From Candidatus Bruticola sp. (GTDB taxonomy: Bacteria > Vulcanimicrobiota > Xenobia > Xenobiales > Xenobiaceae), in contig JBJEGD010000026.1 in assembly GCA_051874735.1 (NCBI GenBank), forward strand, positions 64,001 to 128,000: 64,000 nt of DNA, in the 5' to 3' direction. Positions within the stretch are counted from its first letter, which is position 1. Every line of letters begins with the position of its first letter. The notes under the pieces are model-generated. The model worked only from the letters and a program-made list of their open reading frames with translations, was not told the DNA's origin and did not search any database. Shown here in pieces: positions 1 through 9,699 of this stretch. Made by a program: the position numbers and the translations under genes.

Positions 1-443
1 ATTTTGCGGCTTTCGTACATAGGTGCCCCTATAATTGATTGGATAGTCTTAATGTTCTCTTGAGGAACTTCAATAACTTCTCCCTCAGGAGTTATAGTGC
101 GGGCATATTGAAATTCCACAGTTTCACAGGAAGCATCGAATGGTCTGGGAGCTATTTTGAATAGCCTGATTCCATCTTCATTGAGGATTTTCACGGCATT
201 GTGTTCAGTTGCCACTGCAGAATAATCTTCGTTGAGCTGGTAGGTTAGATCGTCCTCCAGAATGATAGCACAGGCTCCAGGATATGCTTCGCTTCCGGGA
301 GAGTTCTTGAAGCGGTCTGAGGATGGCAAAGGCGGATCAGCTGCCTTAACACTAAGAGGAAAGACCACAATAATAAAAGCGACTAAGCACAGGAAAACAC
401 TGAGCCTTTTAACATAAGTTTGCGGCTTAAAAGTTAATTCCAT
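1..443 (-). CDS. Exported DUF3857-like (transglutaminase-associated) protein, truncated by the window edge
   Basis: Not in ORF track; my translation: MELTFKPQTYVKRLSVFLCLVAFIIVVFPLSVKAADPP...YPGACAIILEDDLTYQLNED...HNAVKILNEDG...ARTITPEGEVIEV. Signal peptide ends VKA; GAGG upstream; frame open to position 1. Confidence 0.65.
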   Translation of the reverse strand, partial: MELTFKPQTYVKRLSVFLCLVAFIIVVFPLSVKAADPPLPSSDRFKNSPGSEAYPGACAIILEDDLTYQLNEDYSAVATEHNAVKILNEDGIRLFKIAPRPFDASCETVEFQYARTITPEGEVIEVPQENIKTIQSIIGAPMYESRK

Positions 444-545
444 GAAAAATAATCCTCAACAAACTAAACAGACACTCTGCCTATATAATATCAACAGGTG
501 CCTATAGTTTTACGTATACTTTCTATTTCGGCAGAAAATATCTAT

Positions 546-806
546 TTATTTTCCTTTCTTTTTGCCTTCGCTGGATTTGGGCGATCTGGGCGAACTTTCC
601 TCTTCTTCTTCTAAACCTGCTGCTCTAGCTACATCTGCATCTGTTGCTCCTTGCAGATTGGCCAACACGGTGAGCAAAATAGCTGTTTTTTCAAGATTCT
701 CTTCTATCGCATGTAGGTGAACAATAATAACAATAGGCACAGTCACACCTATTATTACTAGCGCTATAGCGCAAAGCAATAGGGCTGTGCTGACAGTTGT
801 AGTCAT
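546..806 (-). CDS. Small single-pass membrane protein with charged C-terminal tail
   Basis: AAGGAGGAG RBS upstream of ATG; N-terminal hydrophobic helix; EEEEE and KKKGK tail. Confidence 0.7.
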   Translation of the reverse strand: MTTTVSTALLLCAIALVIIGVTVPIVIIVHLHAIEENLEKTAILLTVLANLQGATDADVARAAGLEEEEESSPRSPKSSEGKKKGK

Positions 807-1000
807 ATTTTAGCTCCTCCTTCGTTAGTGAGTTCAGCTGCTGTTTTAGGCAAGTCAGAATGCGTATAAGAAACAAAAAACAGGCCAGATAAATAGTCAT
901 TCTGATGTTGCTGGTATAAAAAAAACTTGGTGCAGTTACACCAATTTTTCAGTCGCTGCCGCGAATGAGGGTTAATTTCTTTCCTTAATTTAAGTTACCT

Positions 1001-3103
1001 TCAGTCTAATTGTCTCTCTAAATTTCCGTACCGCCTTGTATCGTATATTTTTATACGATAAGTTTTGGGCACAATTTCGCCTAATTTCAGATCTTTTTCA
1101 TATGAATATTCATCGAAAGTTCTTATAGGAGGGCCAAAAAATTTTTCTAAATTTTGACAAATTTCTTGAAAAATTTTTTGGCCTTGATCGAGGACTGTAG
1201 TATAAGACCCGCTCAGGGGACGATGACTGCAGAGTCGTTCACTGACAGCAATAAAATTATATCCTTCATACTGAATTTGCTTTAGATCATTATGGCTGAA
1301 GGAACGTGGTTCATAGTTGCTGCCTAAATCAGATATAAAACCAATAAAAGGATGATCTACAGCCGTTTGCTGATTAAAAATCCAAGTGTCTTTGCCGCTA
1401 TTGTACAGATGACGGGAGAATAAGCCTCTGTTTTTATCTATAACTAAGCGAAGATCTATTAATGTAAGATCAGGATCGTAGTAAAAATTGTGATTATAAT
1501 CGTTGTCAGAAAGCCAGGGACGTCTGCCTAAAGGAACAAAGATCACTCCATTCTCAGGAAAAACAGCGTTGAGTTTGACATTATTAGCAACTGGGAAAAT
1601 CGGTTCTGAAACTTTTGTAGATGGCCAGGGGAGCTGAGCTTTTTGCCAAGCTTCGACAAAAGGCAGACAAATGACGATTATGGAAATAGCTGCTACTAAA
1701 TATTGAGACAGCTTTTTTCTGCTCAGCATCGCTTCAAAGCTCATGGCTATAAATACCGATACCGATATAACGAATAAGAGCATAGACTGACTCGGCCAAA
1801 ACAGCTTATTCAGCAAAGGCATATGATCGCAGAAAAATTTGTAAGGCATGGCCAGAGGTGAGCCACGCCAATAGACTAACTCCGCATTTATTTTTAAAAA
1901 CGGTCCCAGAGGCAGCCAAAAAAATACGAATGAGGAGCTGCACCAAAAAATCAGCCAAGCTAAATTTTTTTGAATTGCTCCTGTGGCCAGTAAAAAGAAG
2001 GCTAGTATAGCCATTAAACTTAAATTAGCAGAGTACACCGCTTCAGTGGGTACACTCTGTGGGGGATTGACCGGACTTTTTAATCCCTTGGCGGGATTTA
2101 GAAAAGGATAAGACGCTTCGCAAGAGTAGGCGATTGCTTGGCGGTAAAGTGTGGAAGTGTTGGGAACTTTACCGGGATCAGGACGCACTAAACCTGGTAT
2201 GTGGTCGTGACACAGCAGGCGAACCAGATAAGGATGAGCGGCTGGCAGAACGATTACACTGAACGTCAGCAAAAAAAGTGCAGAATTTATCAATACCCCT
2301 TTAAATTTCGCTGCCTGCAGTACGGGAAGTTTGCGTTCCTGTATTTGTTTTATAATAACAACGGTCAGTTGATATATTATGAAAAAGGCAGCAAAAATTG
2401 CTGCAAAGTGGCCATAAAACCAGTAATTGCAGGCTGTTAAGGCAAGAAAAGCCCCGCATTTTGCCCATCTATATGGACTACTGTTCTCCCAAGCTGAAAT
2501 TAAGCTGCCTATAAAAAGCACTGGCCAAAAGGTTTGCAACTCTATAATTCTGCCGGTGACTGCAAGAAATGATTGCCAAGGATTAAAGGCGAAAAAGAGT
2601 CCGCCTAAGAAGGCTGTAAAAGGTCGGCAGTTCATCTTTGTGCAGAGCCAGCGCCCAGCTAAAGCATTAGCTATAACTATAAGTAAGCATTTTATATTGT
2701 AGTAAAGAGGGAAACTAAAAATTTTAACTATAGGCCAGGTCCAAAGGAAGTCTAGTCCGTTAGCGGCGCTGCTGTGTTCGCCGAAACTAACTAAACGGCT
2801 GTACAACTCAGGTAAATGACTCCAAACACCCCAAAGACCGTAAGTGTCTTTGAAAAAACACAGCGTTTCAGCATAATAACTCTCCCATGAGTGATAAATC
2901 CAAAGAGTCTGAGCCGTGTTTTCGTAGCCTAGATAGCCTAATACTTCCTGTCCGGCATGCCCACAAAGCGTACCGCTGCAGAGAAGAGCGCAAACAAGAT
3001 AGAGTAGCGCAGAAGGCCATATTCCCCAAAAACGCTCAACATCGCAAATAGATACGGTTTGACTGCTTATATTTTTTGTATCTCTATTTTTATCTTCGGA
3101 CAT
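1001..3103 (-). CDS. Multi-pass membrane protein, probable GT-C fold glycosyltransferase (YfhO-like)
   Basis: 700 aa, many TM segments; GLFFAFNP, WFYG, LPLGPFL motifs; soluble C-terminal domain; resembles 4342..6402. Confidence 0.55.
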   Translation of the reverse strand: MSEDKNRDTKNISSQTVSICDVERFWGIWPSALLYLVCALLCSGTLCGHAGQEVLGYLGYENTAQTLWIYHSWESYYAETLCFFKDTYGLWGVWSHLPELYSRLVSFGEHSSAANGLDFLWTWPIVKIFSFPLYYNIKCLLIVIANALAGRWLCTKMNCRPFTAFLGGLFFAFNPWQSFLAVTGRIIELQTFWPVLFIGSLISAWENSSPYRWAKCGAFLALTACNYWFYGHFAAIFAAFFIIYQLTVVIIKQIQERKLPVLQAAKFKGVLINSALFLLTFSVIVLPAAHPYLVRLLCHDHIPGLVRPDPGKVPNTSTLYRQAIAYSCEASYPFLNPAKGLKSPVNPPQSVPTEAVYSANLSLMAILAFFLLATGAIQKNLAWLIFWCSSSFVFFWLPLGPFLKINAELVYWRGSPLAMPYKFFCDHMPLLNKLFWPSQSMLLFVISVSVFIAMSFEAMLSRKKLSQYLVAAISIIVICLPFVEAWQKAQLPWPSTKVSEPIFPVANNVKLNAVFPENGVIFVPLGRRPWLSDNDYNHNFYYDPDLTLIDLRLVIDKNRGLFSRHLYNSGKDTWIFNQQTAVDHPFIGFISDLGSNYEPRSFSHNDLKQIQYEGYNFIAVSERLCSHRPLSGSYTTVLDQGQKIFQEICQNLEKFFGPPIRTFDEYSYEKDLKLGEIVPKTYRIKIYDTRRYGNLERQLD

Positions 3104-3128
3104 AGCTGGTATCTTTTGATATGTAATT

Positions 3129-4238
3129 TTAATATCTATGAATAGGAGGCGGAGGAGGTGGAGGAGCTATCGGTCTAGGGCTGGGCTTGGAAACTTCTAA
3201 AGGTGGTATGCGAGGATTTAGACGGCGTTGGCGGACGTCTAACTCTGAGGGAGTATTTAGCAGTTTAAGTGTCCGATTAACAGTTTTTATGTAGGGCAGT
3301 TCTTGAACAATTCGTTTTTCCAGAACTTTTAATTCTGGATAAAGCATCATTTTATCCCAAGTTGATTTAGGAACGCAACATTTAGCGTTCTGATACAGAG
3401 CCTCTAACCGTAAAGTTGAAATTCGCAAGCGCTCTATCAATATAAGTATATTTTGAGCTTGTTGGGTACTAAGTCTATTCTCTGATATAAGGCAGAGCTC
3501 TTTTAACGAGAGTAAAATTCTTAAAGGATGGAGCTCTAGCTCTTGTGCCTTATGCAGCAGAGAACGTCTGCTTTCTGTGTCTTCAAAACCTTGAGCTTGA
3601 GGCAAAGGAAGGGGAGAGGTGTTTAGGCTAGGTAAGCTGACTTTCAGCTGATGTACAGATGCTATGTCGGATGAGGCTGAAGCAGAAGAACTTGTTCCTT
3701 TTTTTTCATTGTTTCTAAGCTCTTGCCAGGCCTTTTCGTTTTGCAGATTTGCTGTTCGGCGCAGAGTTGACAGAGCGCTTAAATAAGTTCTCAGATCGGA
3801 ACCTTCAGCACCAGCTGAAGCATAAGGAGTTAGAACCTTATCCGGACTAAGAAAAAGCTTGAGCTGAGCATTGGTAAGCTGATTGTAAAGTTGATTGTAC
3901 AGAGATAATATATTTTCTGACTCTTCAACGACAAGAAGCTCAATGCTGCTGAACATTTGATCTTGCTCAGGGGTGAATAGCCAATGACCATTTTGGCGCA
4001 ATAAAACTTTGCAACTTTCCAACCCTAACCAGTCTTGATGGTATCGGTTAGTCTGGCCCAAACTGGCCGGTTCGTCATAACCGCCTACTTTTATAAAAGC
4101 ATAGCCGTCTCGGCGCAGATGGTACTGTATCATACCTTCTTGATAGTCACAGAATAACAACAGCAATTCTGCTATAAGGACTATACTAATAAAGACAACA
4201 GCCGCCCCCCCACACCAGTTTTTCTGAACTCTCTCCAT
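3129..4238 (-). CDS. Hypothetical membrane-anchored protein with Pro-rich C-terminus
   Basis: 369-aa ORF, N-terminal TM, PPPPPPP near end; 25 bp from next gene. Confidence 0.6.
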   Translation of the reverse strand: MERVQKNWCGGAAVVFISIVLIAELLLLFCDYQEGMIQYHLRRDGYAFIKVGGYDEPASLGQTNRYHQDWLGLESCKVLLRQNGHWLFTPEQDQMFSSIELLVVEESENILSLYNQLYNQLTNAQLKLFLSPDKVLTPYASAGAEGSDLRTYLSALSTLRRTANLQNEKAWQELRNNEKKGTSSSASASSDIASVHQLKVSLPSLNTSPLPLPQAQGFEDTESRRSLLHKAQELELHPLRILLSLKELCLISENRLSTQQAQNILILIERLRISTLRLEALYQNAKCCVPKSTWDKMMLYPELKVLEKRIVQELPYIKTVNRTLKLLNTPSELDVRQRRLNPRIPPLEVSKPSPRPIAPPPPPPPIHRY

Positions 4239-4341
4239 AACCTTTGGCCCTTCGCATAGCTAAAAAGGAAAACCTGCCTTTATTATGGCTGCAGGAGGAT
4301 AAAGGCTGATAGGGTAAGAGTTTCTACTCCTCTCACGCCGT

Positions 4342-6402
4342 ATGAGGGGGAAGATTCGGTTCTTCGAATATAAAAACATATTCGTATATTTTAAGCGCAG
4401 GAAGACAATACACATGCTGTCGGCCGGTCATCTAGTAAACGAGACGGAAGATAATCACGTAAAATTTGGAAATAATATGCCAACTTCATCGATCTCAAAA
4501 CAAACCGATCTTTCTTGGGCTGCTGAGTTCTTTGTAGTTGGTATTTTTTTTGCTTTACTGACGATAGCCGCTTTATGGCCTTTAGCTTTGCATATAAATG
4601 AACAGTTTGTTGGCGATTACCAAGGTGATTTTTGGAAGCATCTTTGGGGCCATTGGTGGGTGCAAAGCTGCTTGTCTAAAGGACAAGTTCCTCTTTTTTG
4701 TGACATGCTCAATGCTCCGCGCGGTGGGTATTTATTTATAGCAGATCCCTGCAACGCCATTTTTGTATACTTGTTTTCGACTTTTTGCAGTTTGGCTAGC
4801 GCTTACAATTTAACAGTTATGTTTAATTTATGGCTAGGGCTGATAGCTGCTTGGATGCTTATTCGTCATTTTGTCAAAGATGGCGCTTGTGCTATGACAG
4901 GAGCTGTTGTTTATGGTCTGTCGGCTTATGTGCTTAGTTATCCGGTTTTATCAGGAGTAACGGAAACATTAAATACTGCTTGGGCACCACTTTATATATT
5001 ATTTTTGCATCGTCTATTGGAAAAAGGTAGGCTGTGCGATATTTGTGGAGCAGCCGTTTTCTTTGCTTTGACCGCTTTTTCTTGCTGGTATTACGGGGAG
5101 TTTATGGCCGTATATACGAGTGTCGCTTTAGGAGCTTCATTGATAATGCTGCTAAAAAAATATTGGCGAGGGCAGCGCAGCTTTACTCAGCCTTTATGGA
5201 GATCGGCCCGAGTTCGCAAGGCTATTTGGTTACATATAAAAGCCAGTTGGAAGAGAATGAGAGCTTTATGGCTCACCCAAGTAATGAAAACCGCTGCTGC
5301 TATTATTATGGGAGCCATATTGATTTCTCCCTTTGCTTGGTTTTTTAAGATGACCGTTTCCAACTCAGCCAACATTGTAATGCCGCGCAAAGCACCTAAG
5401 CGCTCAGTATTTAATTTTAAGGATTACTTAGGAGAAGCTCCAGAAAAAAGTATTAATAAACATGGGGTGCGTGGATTCCATAATTATACTAATCTGTTAG
5501 GGTTAGTTTTGCCTGGAAAAGGTGGGGCTACAGTTACTGAGACTGTAGATAGGCTGATCCGCGTGCACTATTTAGGATGGATAGCTTTGTTTCTATCGTT
5601 TTTAGCTTGGCACCGCGGACGCAGAAAAAGTCAGCTTTATTATTGGACGACCGTATTTTGCTTTTTCATTGTCTTGTCTCTAGGGCCACGCATAGTTTTT
5701 TCTGATTTTTCCGGAATGGGCGTGATTAATCCGCTCTACCTTTTTATGTTCCTTTTCTTTCCGTTTTTTTATAATTTGGCTATACCTTTTCGCTTTTTAA
5801 TGTTGGCGTTAATAGGTTTATCTCAGACTGCGGCCTGCGGGACAAAGGAACTTTTATCTGAGGAGTCTGTTGGGCGCAAGTGGTTTTTCTGCGGTTTTAT
5901 AGGCTGCATGATTGTGGCGGAAATTATTTTCGTATCTCCTCTTCCTTGGCCTTTGCCCATGAGTCCTGCAGAAGTTCCCTCTTACTACCGTATGTTGGCC
6001 TGCGATCCGCGCTCTTATGCTATTATAGATTATCCTTTTGAGCGCAGCGGCAATATTTTGGTGCCCAGTGAATATTTTTACTATCAGACTGTGCATCATA
6101 AGCGTATACCTTACCGCACTAGCGGTGTTTTAAGCCCTGAAGTAGTTCATAATTCCTTTATGGAAGAGGTGCTTTGGGCTCACAGAGATATAGAACCCTC
6201 GCATCAATCGCGCAAGCGCATATTAGAGGGAGCTAAAGCACTGTTCGCTATGGGGTTTTATGTTTTTATTCTGCATGAAAACTTGCTGCCCGATTTTGCC
6301 GCTCAGGAAATAGAAAGCCGGCTTACGCCAGTTTTAGGTGAGCCTATGCGCTTAGGAGACGGTTTGATCGTTTACAGTCTGGACTTAAATTATGATAAGT
6401 AA
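4342..6402 (+). CDS. Multi-pass membrane protein, probable GT-C fold glycosyltransferase (true start may be 4477)
   Basis: TM1 then GDYQGDFWKHLW acidic loop; LNAPRGG, WYYG, YLGW, LSLGP, PFRF motifs. Confidence 0.6.
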   Translation: MRGKIRFFEYKNIFVYFKRRKTIHMLSAGHLVNETEDNHVKFGNNMPTSSISKQTDLSWAAEFFVVGIFFALLTIAALWPLALHINEQFVGDYQGDFWKHLWGHWWVQSCLSKGQVPLFCDMLNAPRGGYLFIADPCNAIFVYLFSTFCSLASAYNLTVMFNLWLGLIAAWMLIRHFVKDGACAMTGAVVYGLSAYVLSYPVLSGVTETLNTAWAPLYILFLHRLLEKGRLCDICGAAVFFALTAFSCWYYGEFMAVYTSVALGASLIMLLKKYWRGQRSFTQPLWRSARVRKAIWLHIKASWKRMRALWLTQVMKTAAAIIMGAILISPFAWFFKMTVSNSANIVMPRKAPKRSVFNFKDYLGEAPEKSINKHGVRGFHNYTNLLGLVLPGKGGATVTETVDRLIRVHYLGWIALFLSFLAWHRGRRKSQLYYWTTVFCFFIVLSLGPRIVFSDFSGMGVINPLYLFMFLFFPFFYNLAIPFRFLMLALIGLSQTAACGTKELLSEESVGRKWFFCGFIGCMIVAEIIFVSPLPWPLPMSPAEVPSYYRMLACDPRSYAIIDYPFERSGNILVPSEYFYYQTVHHKRIPYRTSGVLSPEVVHNSFMEEVLWAHRDIEPSHQSRKRILEGAKALFAMGFYVFILHENLLPDFAAQEIESRLTPVLGEPMRLGDGLIVYSLDLNYDK

Positions 6403-7498
6403 GTTGTTCAGCAAGTATTTGAAAAATATTACAGATTTACTACTGCGCAGAGAAATAAAGTTGATACTTGGGCATAACTTTATGGGCAGTTTTGGGATAG
6501 CGCTGCCTTTAGGATGGTTATTTCTCCTTATTTTGGGGGGATTATTCCATTGGGTTAATTACAGTCTCAACTTTAATTGGAATTTTTATTTCTGCTGGTT
6601 AGTGGCTATTTTTGTTACCGTTCATTTCTTGCAGCTAGCTCCCTGTCTAGCTGCCTCCGTCAAGAAAGATCGGGACATGGGAATTCTGCAGACGCTTAGA
6701 CTTACTCCAGGTGGACCTTTTAAGGCCCAACTATTCAAAATTTTAGTCTGTACCGCTCCCTACATACTGGGATGGCTAGTTATATCTGTAAGTACCTCTT
6801 TACTTTGTCTTTTCTCTCCTAGTTTTGATGGAGAAATAGCCGGACTGGGACTTATTCTCAGCTTTTTATCTATAGTTTCAGCTGCTTTTGGAGGAGTTTT
6901 TTGGGGGAGCTTTTACAATATGAGCTCTGATAGCTGTGCCTCTTCTCTGAGAAAACTGATCCTTTTTCTTATTGTTGCTTCTTACGGAGCCATTAGGTTT
7001 GGGCATATAAGTCAGCTGGAAAGTTTTTTGATAATTAGTTCTTTGGTTTTTGTTCTATGGCATAAATCTATCAATTTTTTTCAACGCGATTTGTCTTGGG
7101 CTGTTGCTTTGTTATGTATCTGCCTTTCCTATTTGCCTGCAGTGCGCTGTTCAAGTTTACCATTGTTATATTCAGTTAATCCTGTATGTTTAAGCTTGGG
7201 CCCTTTATATTCGATGGATAGTTTGGCTATGACCGGAAATAATCAAGCATCACGCTGGGCGTACCCTGTACTGCAGTCTCAATTTAACAGCGACGAATCA
7301 ACTTCTTTAAACGATCTTCTAGAAATATACTCTAGTTCTTCAGAGATTGTTCGCAGGCAAATAAACAATCGAATTAAGGAGGAGGCCGAGCTTTCTATGT
7401 TCGGTGGTTTTCTAAGTTGCATTTTCAGCGCATTTTTTTTAGGAATGGTGGCGTTTATAAATTTATATTGTTCTCTAGATTTTGAAGCCGAAAATTGA
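6392..7498 (+). CDS. Membrane protein, ABC-2-type permease-like
   Basis: Several TM helices; KDRDMGILQTLRLTP resembles the ABC-2 ERExGTLExLxxTP loop; overlaps upstream stop. Confidence 0.5.
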   Translation: MISKLFSKYLKNITDLLLRREIKLILGHNFMGSFGIALPLGWLFLLILGGLFHWVNYSLNFNWNFYFCWLVAIFVTVHFLQLAPCLAASVKKDRDMGILQTLRLTPGGPFKAQLFKILVCTAPYILGWLVISVSTSLLCLFSPSFDGEIAGLGLILSFLSIVSAAFGGVFWGSFYNMSSDSCASSLRKLILFLIVASYGAIRFGHISQLESFLIISSLVFVLWHKSINFFQRDLSWAVALLCICLSYLPAVRCSSLPLLYSVNPVCLSLGPLYSMDSLAMTGNNQASRWAYPVLQSQFNSDESTSLNDLLEIYSSSSEIVRRQINNRIKEEAELSMFGGFLSCIFSAFFLGMVAFINLYCSLDFEAEN

Positions 7499-7704
7499 TT
7501 TTTTGGCTTACTATTCTTTTTATCTCTTTATTTTGCTATATTGTATGGGGTCGCAGCGTCGGCCTTACAAGGATAGCTACAATAAAAATCTGTTTGATCA
7601 GTTTTTTATATTTAGTTACCGTTTTGTAAAATGATTCTCTTCAGAATCAACGTTGAGCTAGGCAAGGCTTGTGGTTTAAGCTTTGCCGTAATATGGAGTT
7701 ATTT

Positions 7705-9534
7705 ATGGCCAGACAAGTTTACGCGGGTATGGATGCCCAGGCGAAAGAAAATGATCCTCTTTACAAAAGACGTCATTCGCTGTCCCATATTTTAGCAGAA
7801 GCGGTTCAGCGTCTTTATCCTGATACCAAGTTAGGTTTCGGTCCGCCCGTAGATAATGGCTTCTACTATGATTTCCAATTCTCATCTCCCATAGATGCCG
7901 AAAAGCTTCCCGAAATAGAAGCTGAAATGCGCCGTATAATCGCTGAAAAGCAGGAGTTTACTCACTACGATCTCACGCTTGAAGAAGCTGTAAAGCGGTT
8001 AGAAGATAAGGGAGAAGTTCTCAAAGCAGAATATGTGCGCGATCTTGCTAGCGAGGGCAAAGACATCCATTTTTATGAAAACGGTGAATTTACCGATTTA
8101 TGCGCTGGGCCTCATGTAGATAACACTTCCGAAATCCCCAGTGATTGCTTTACCTTAGATTCTGTGGCCGGAGCCTACTGGCGTGGTGATCAGTCTAGAG
8201 AGATGCTGACTCGTATTTACGGTTTGGCATTTAATACCAAAAAAGAGCTCAAAGAGTTCTTGCGTCTGCGTGAAGAAGCTCGTAAGTACGATCACCGTAA
8301 ACTTAGCAAAGAATTAGAATTTTATACCATGAACGAGATGGTTGGCTTAGGCCTGCCACTTTGGTTGCCTAATGGTACGGTTCTGCGTGAAGAATTGGAA
8401 AAATTCGCCAAGGAGACTGAGCAGTTAGGCGGATATCAGCGTGTAGCAACTCCCTGCATTACTAACGAGCAGCTGTTTTATACCTCCGGACATTTACCTT
8501 ATTACAAAGATAGTATGTTCCCGCCTATGCAGATTGACGAAGGGCAGAACTATTATCTTAAGCCCATGAACTGTCCATTCCATCACATGATATTTAGTAG
8601 CCGCCCCCGATCTTACCGAGAGCTGCCTCTGCGTTTAGCTGAATATGGTCAGTGCTACCGCTACGAAGCTTCTGGTACTTTAGCTGGTCTGTTGCGGGTT
8701 CGCGGTATGTCCATGAATGATGCCCATATTTACTGCAGTCCTGAACAGTTAGCTGCCGAGTTTAGGGCTGTGCTTGATATGCATCGTTTTTACTATGACA
8801 AGTTTAGAATCGAAGGCTACTGGATGCGCTTGTCCATGCACGATCCTAAAAATACTAAAAAGTATGTAAACAATCCTGAAGCTTGGTCCCAATCTGAAGA
8901 TGCTATCCGACAGGTTGTCAAAGATATGGGGGTTCAATATGAAGAAGTTCCCGGAGAAGCCGCTTTCTACGGACCTAAGGTAGATTTCCAGATTCGTAAT
9001 GTAGTTGGACGCGAAGAGACTGCTTCCACTAATCAGCTCGATTTCGCTGTGCCTCCTCGCTTTAATTTGGTATATACTGGCAAAGATGGAGAACTGCATA
9101 CTCCCTATTGCATACATCGTGCTCCTTTAGGCACTCATGAGCGTTTCTTGGCTTTCTTAATGGAACACTTTAAGGGAGCTTTTCCCACTTGGATGTCTCC
9201 TACTCAAGTTATGGTTGTGCCTGTTTCAGTCGAAAAGTTCGGCGATTATGCGGAAAAGATTGCTGCTTCGCTGCGCAGTGGTCTCTACAGGGCTCAGGCT
9301 AACTTAGACGGCGACAGCTTCAACAAGAAGATCCGTGCTGCTGTGACCTCCAAGATCCCTAACATTTTAGTTGTCGGTGCCTCTGAAATGGAAAATGAAA
9401 CTGTTACTTGGCGCCGTTACTGCGTAAAAGAACAGCGGACTTTGAAGTTTGAGCAATTCCGCAGCATTTTGAGCAAAATGTGCCATGAGCGCATTATGGA
9501 TAATTTTGCTGATATAGTGTTGCCCGAAGAGTAA
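7705..9534 (+). CDS. thrS: Threonine--tRNA ligase
   Basis: RHSLSHILA editing motif, DLCAGPH, GAYWRGD, KPMNCPFH, HRAPLGTHERF; GGAG RBS supports ATG 7705. Confidence 0.97.
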   Translation: MARQVYAGMDAQAKENDPLYKRRHSLSHILAEAVQRLYPDTKLGFGPPVDNGFYYDFQFSSPIDAEKLPEIEAEMRRIIAEKQEFTHYDLTLEEAVKRLEDKGEVLKAEYVRDLASEGKDIHFYENGEFTDLCAGPHVDNTSEIPSDCFTLDSVAGAYWRGDQSREMLTRIYGLAFNTKKELKEFLRLREEARKYDHRKLSKELEFYTMNEMVGLGLPLWLPNGTVLREELEKFAKETEQLGGYQRVATPCITNEQLFYTSGHLPYYKDSMFPPMQIDEGQNYYLKPMNCPFHHMIFSSRPRSYRELPLRLAEYGQCYRYEASGTLAGLLRVRGMSMNDAHIYCSPEQLAAEFRAVLDMHRFYYDKFRIEGYWMRLSMHDPKNTKKYVNNPEAWSQSEDAIRQVVKDMGVQYEEVPGEAAFYGPKVDFQIRNVVGREETASTNQLDFAVPPRFNLVYTGKDGELHTPYCIHRAPLGTHERFLAFLMEHFKGAFPTWMSPTQVMVVPVSVEKFGDYAEKIAASLRSGLYRAQANLDGDSFNKKIRAAVTSKIPNILVVGASEMENETVTWRRYCVKEQRTLKFEQFRSILSKMCHERIMDNFADIVLPEE

Positions 9535-9549
9535 GTTATAAGTATCTGT

Positions 9550-9640
9550 AATCCTCAGAGAGTTGTGGTCTTTAGACTTCTACCTTTTAGGCTGGCGTCA
9601 GCTCTGCGGCAGCCATATTGGGATCTCTCTGAGGATTTTT
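9550..9640. terminator. 13-bp inverted repeat with long loop between convergent thrS and CPBP genes
   Basis: AATCCTCAGAGAG (9550-9562) / CTCTCTGAGGATT (9625-9637) followed by T run. Confidence 0.45.
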
Positions 9641-9699
9641 CATTAAAAAAATATAACTGCTGTTTGGATTTTTATCGAAAGTTTAGTATGTTCAATTAT

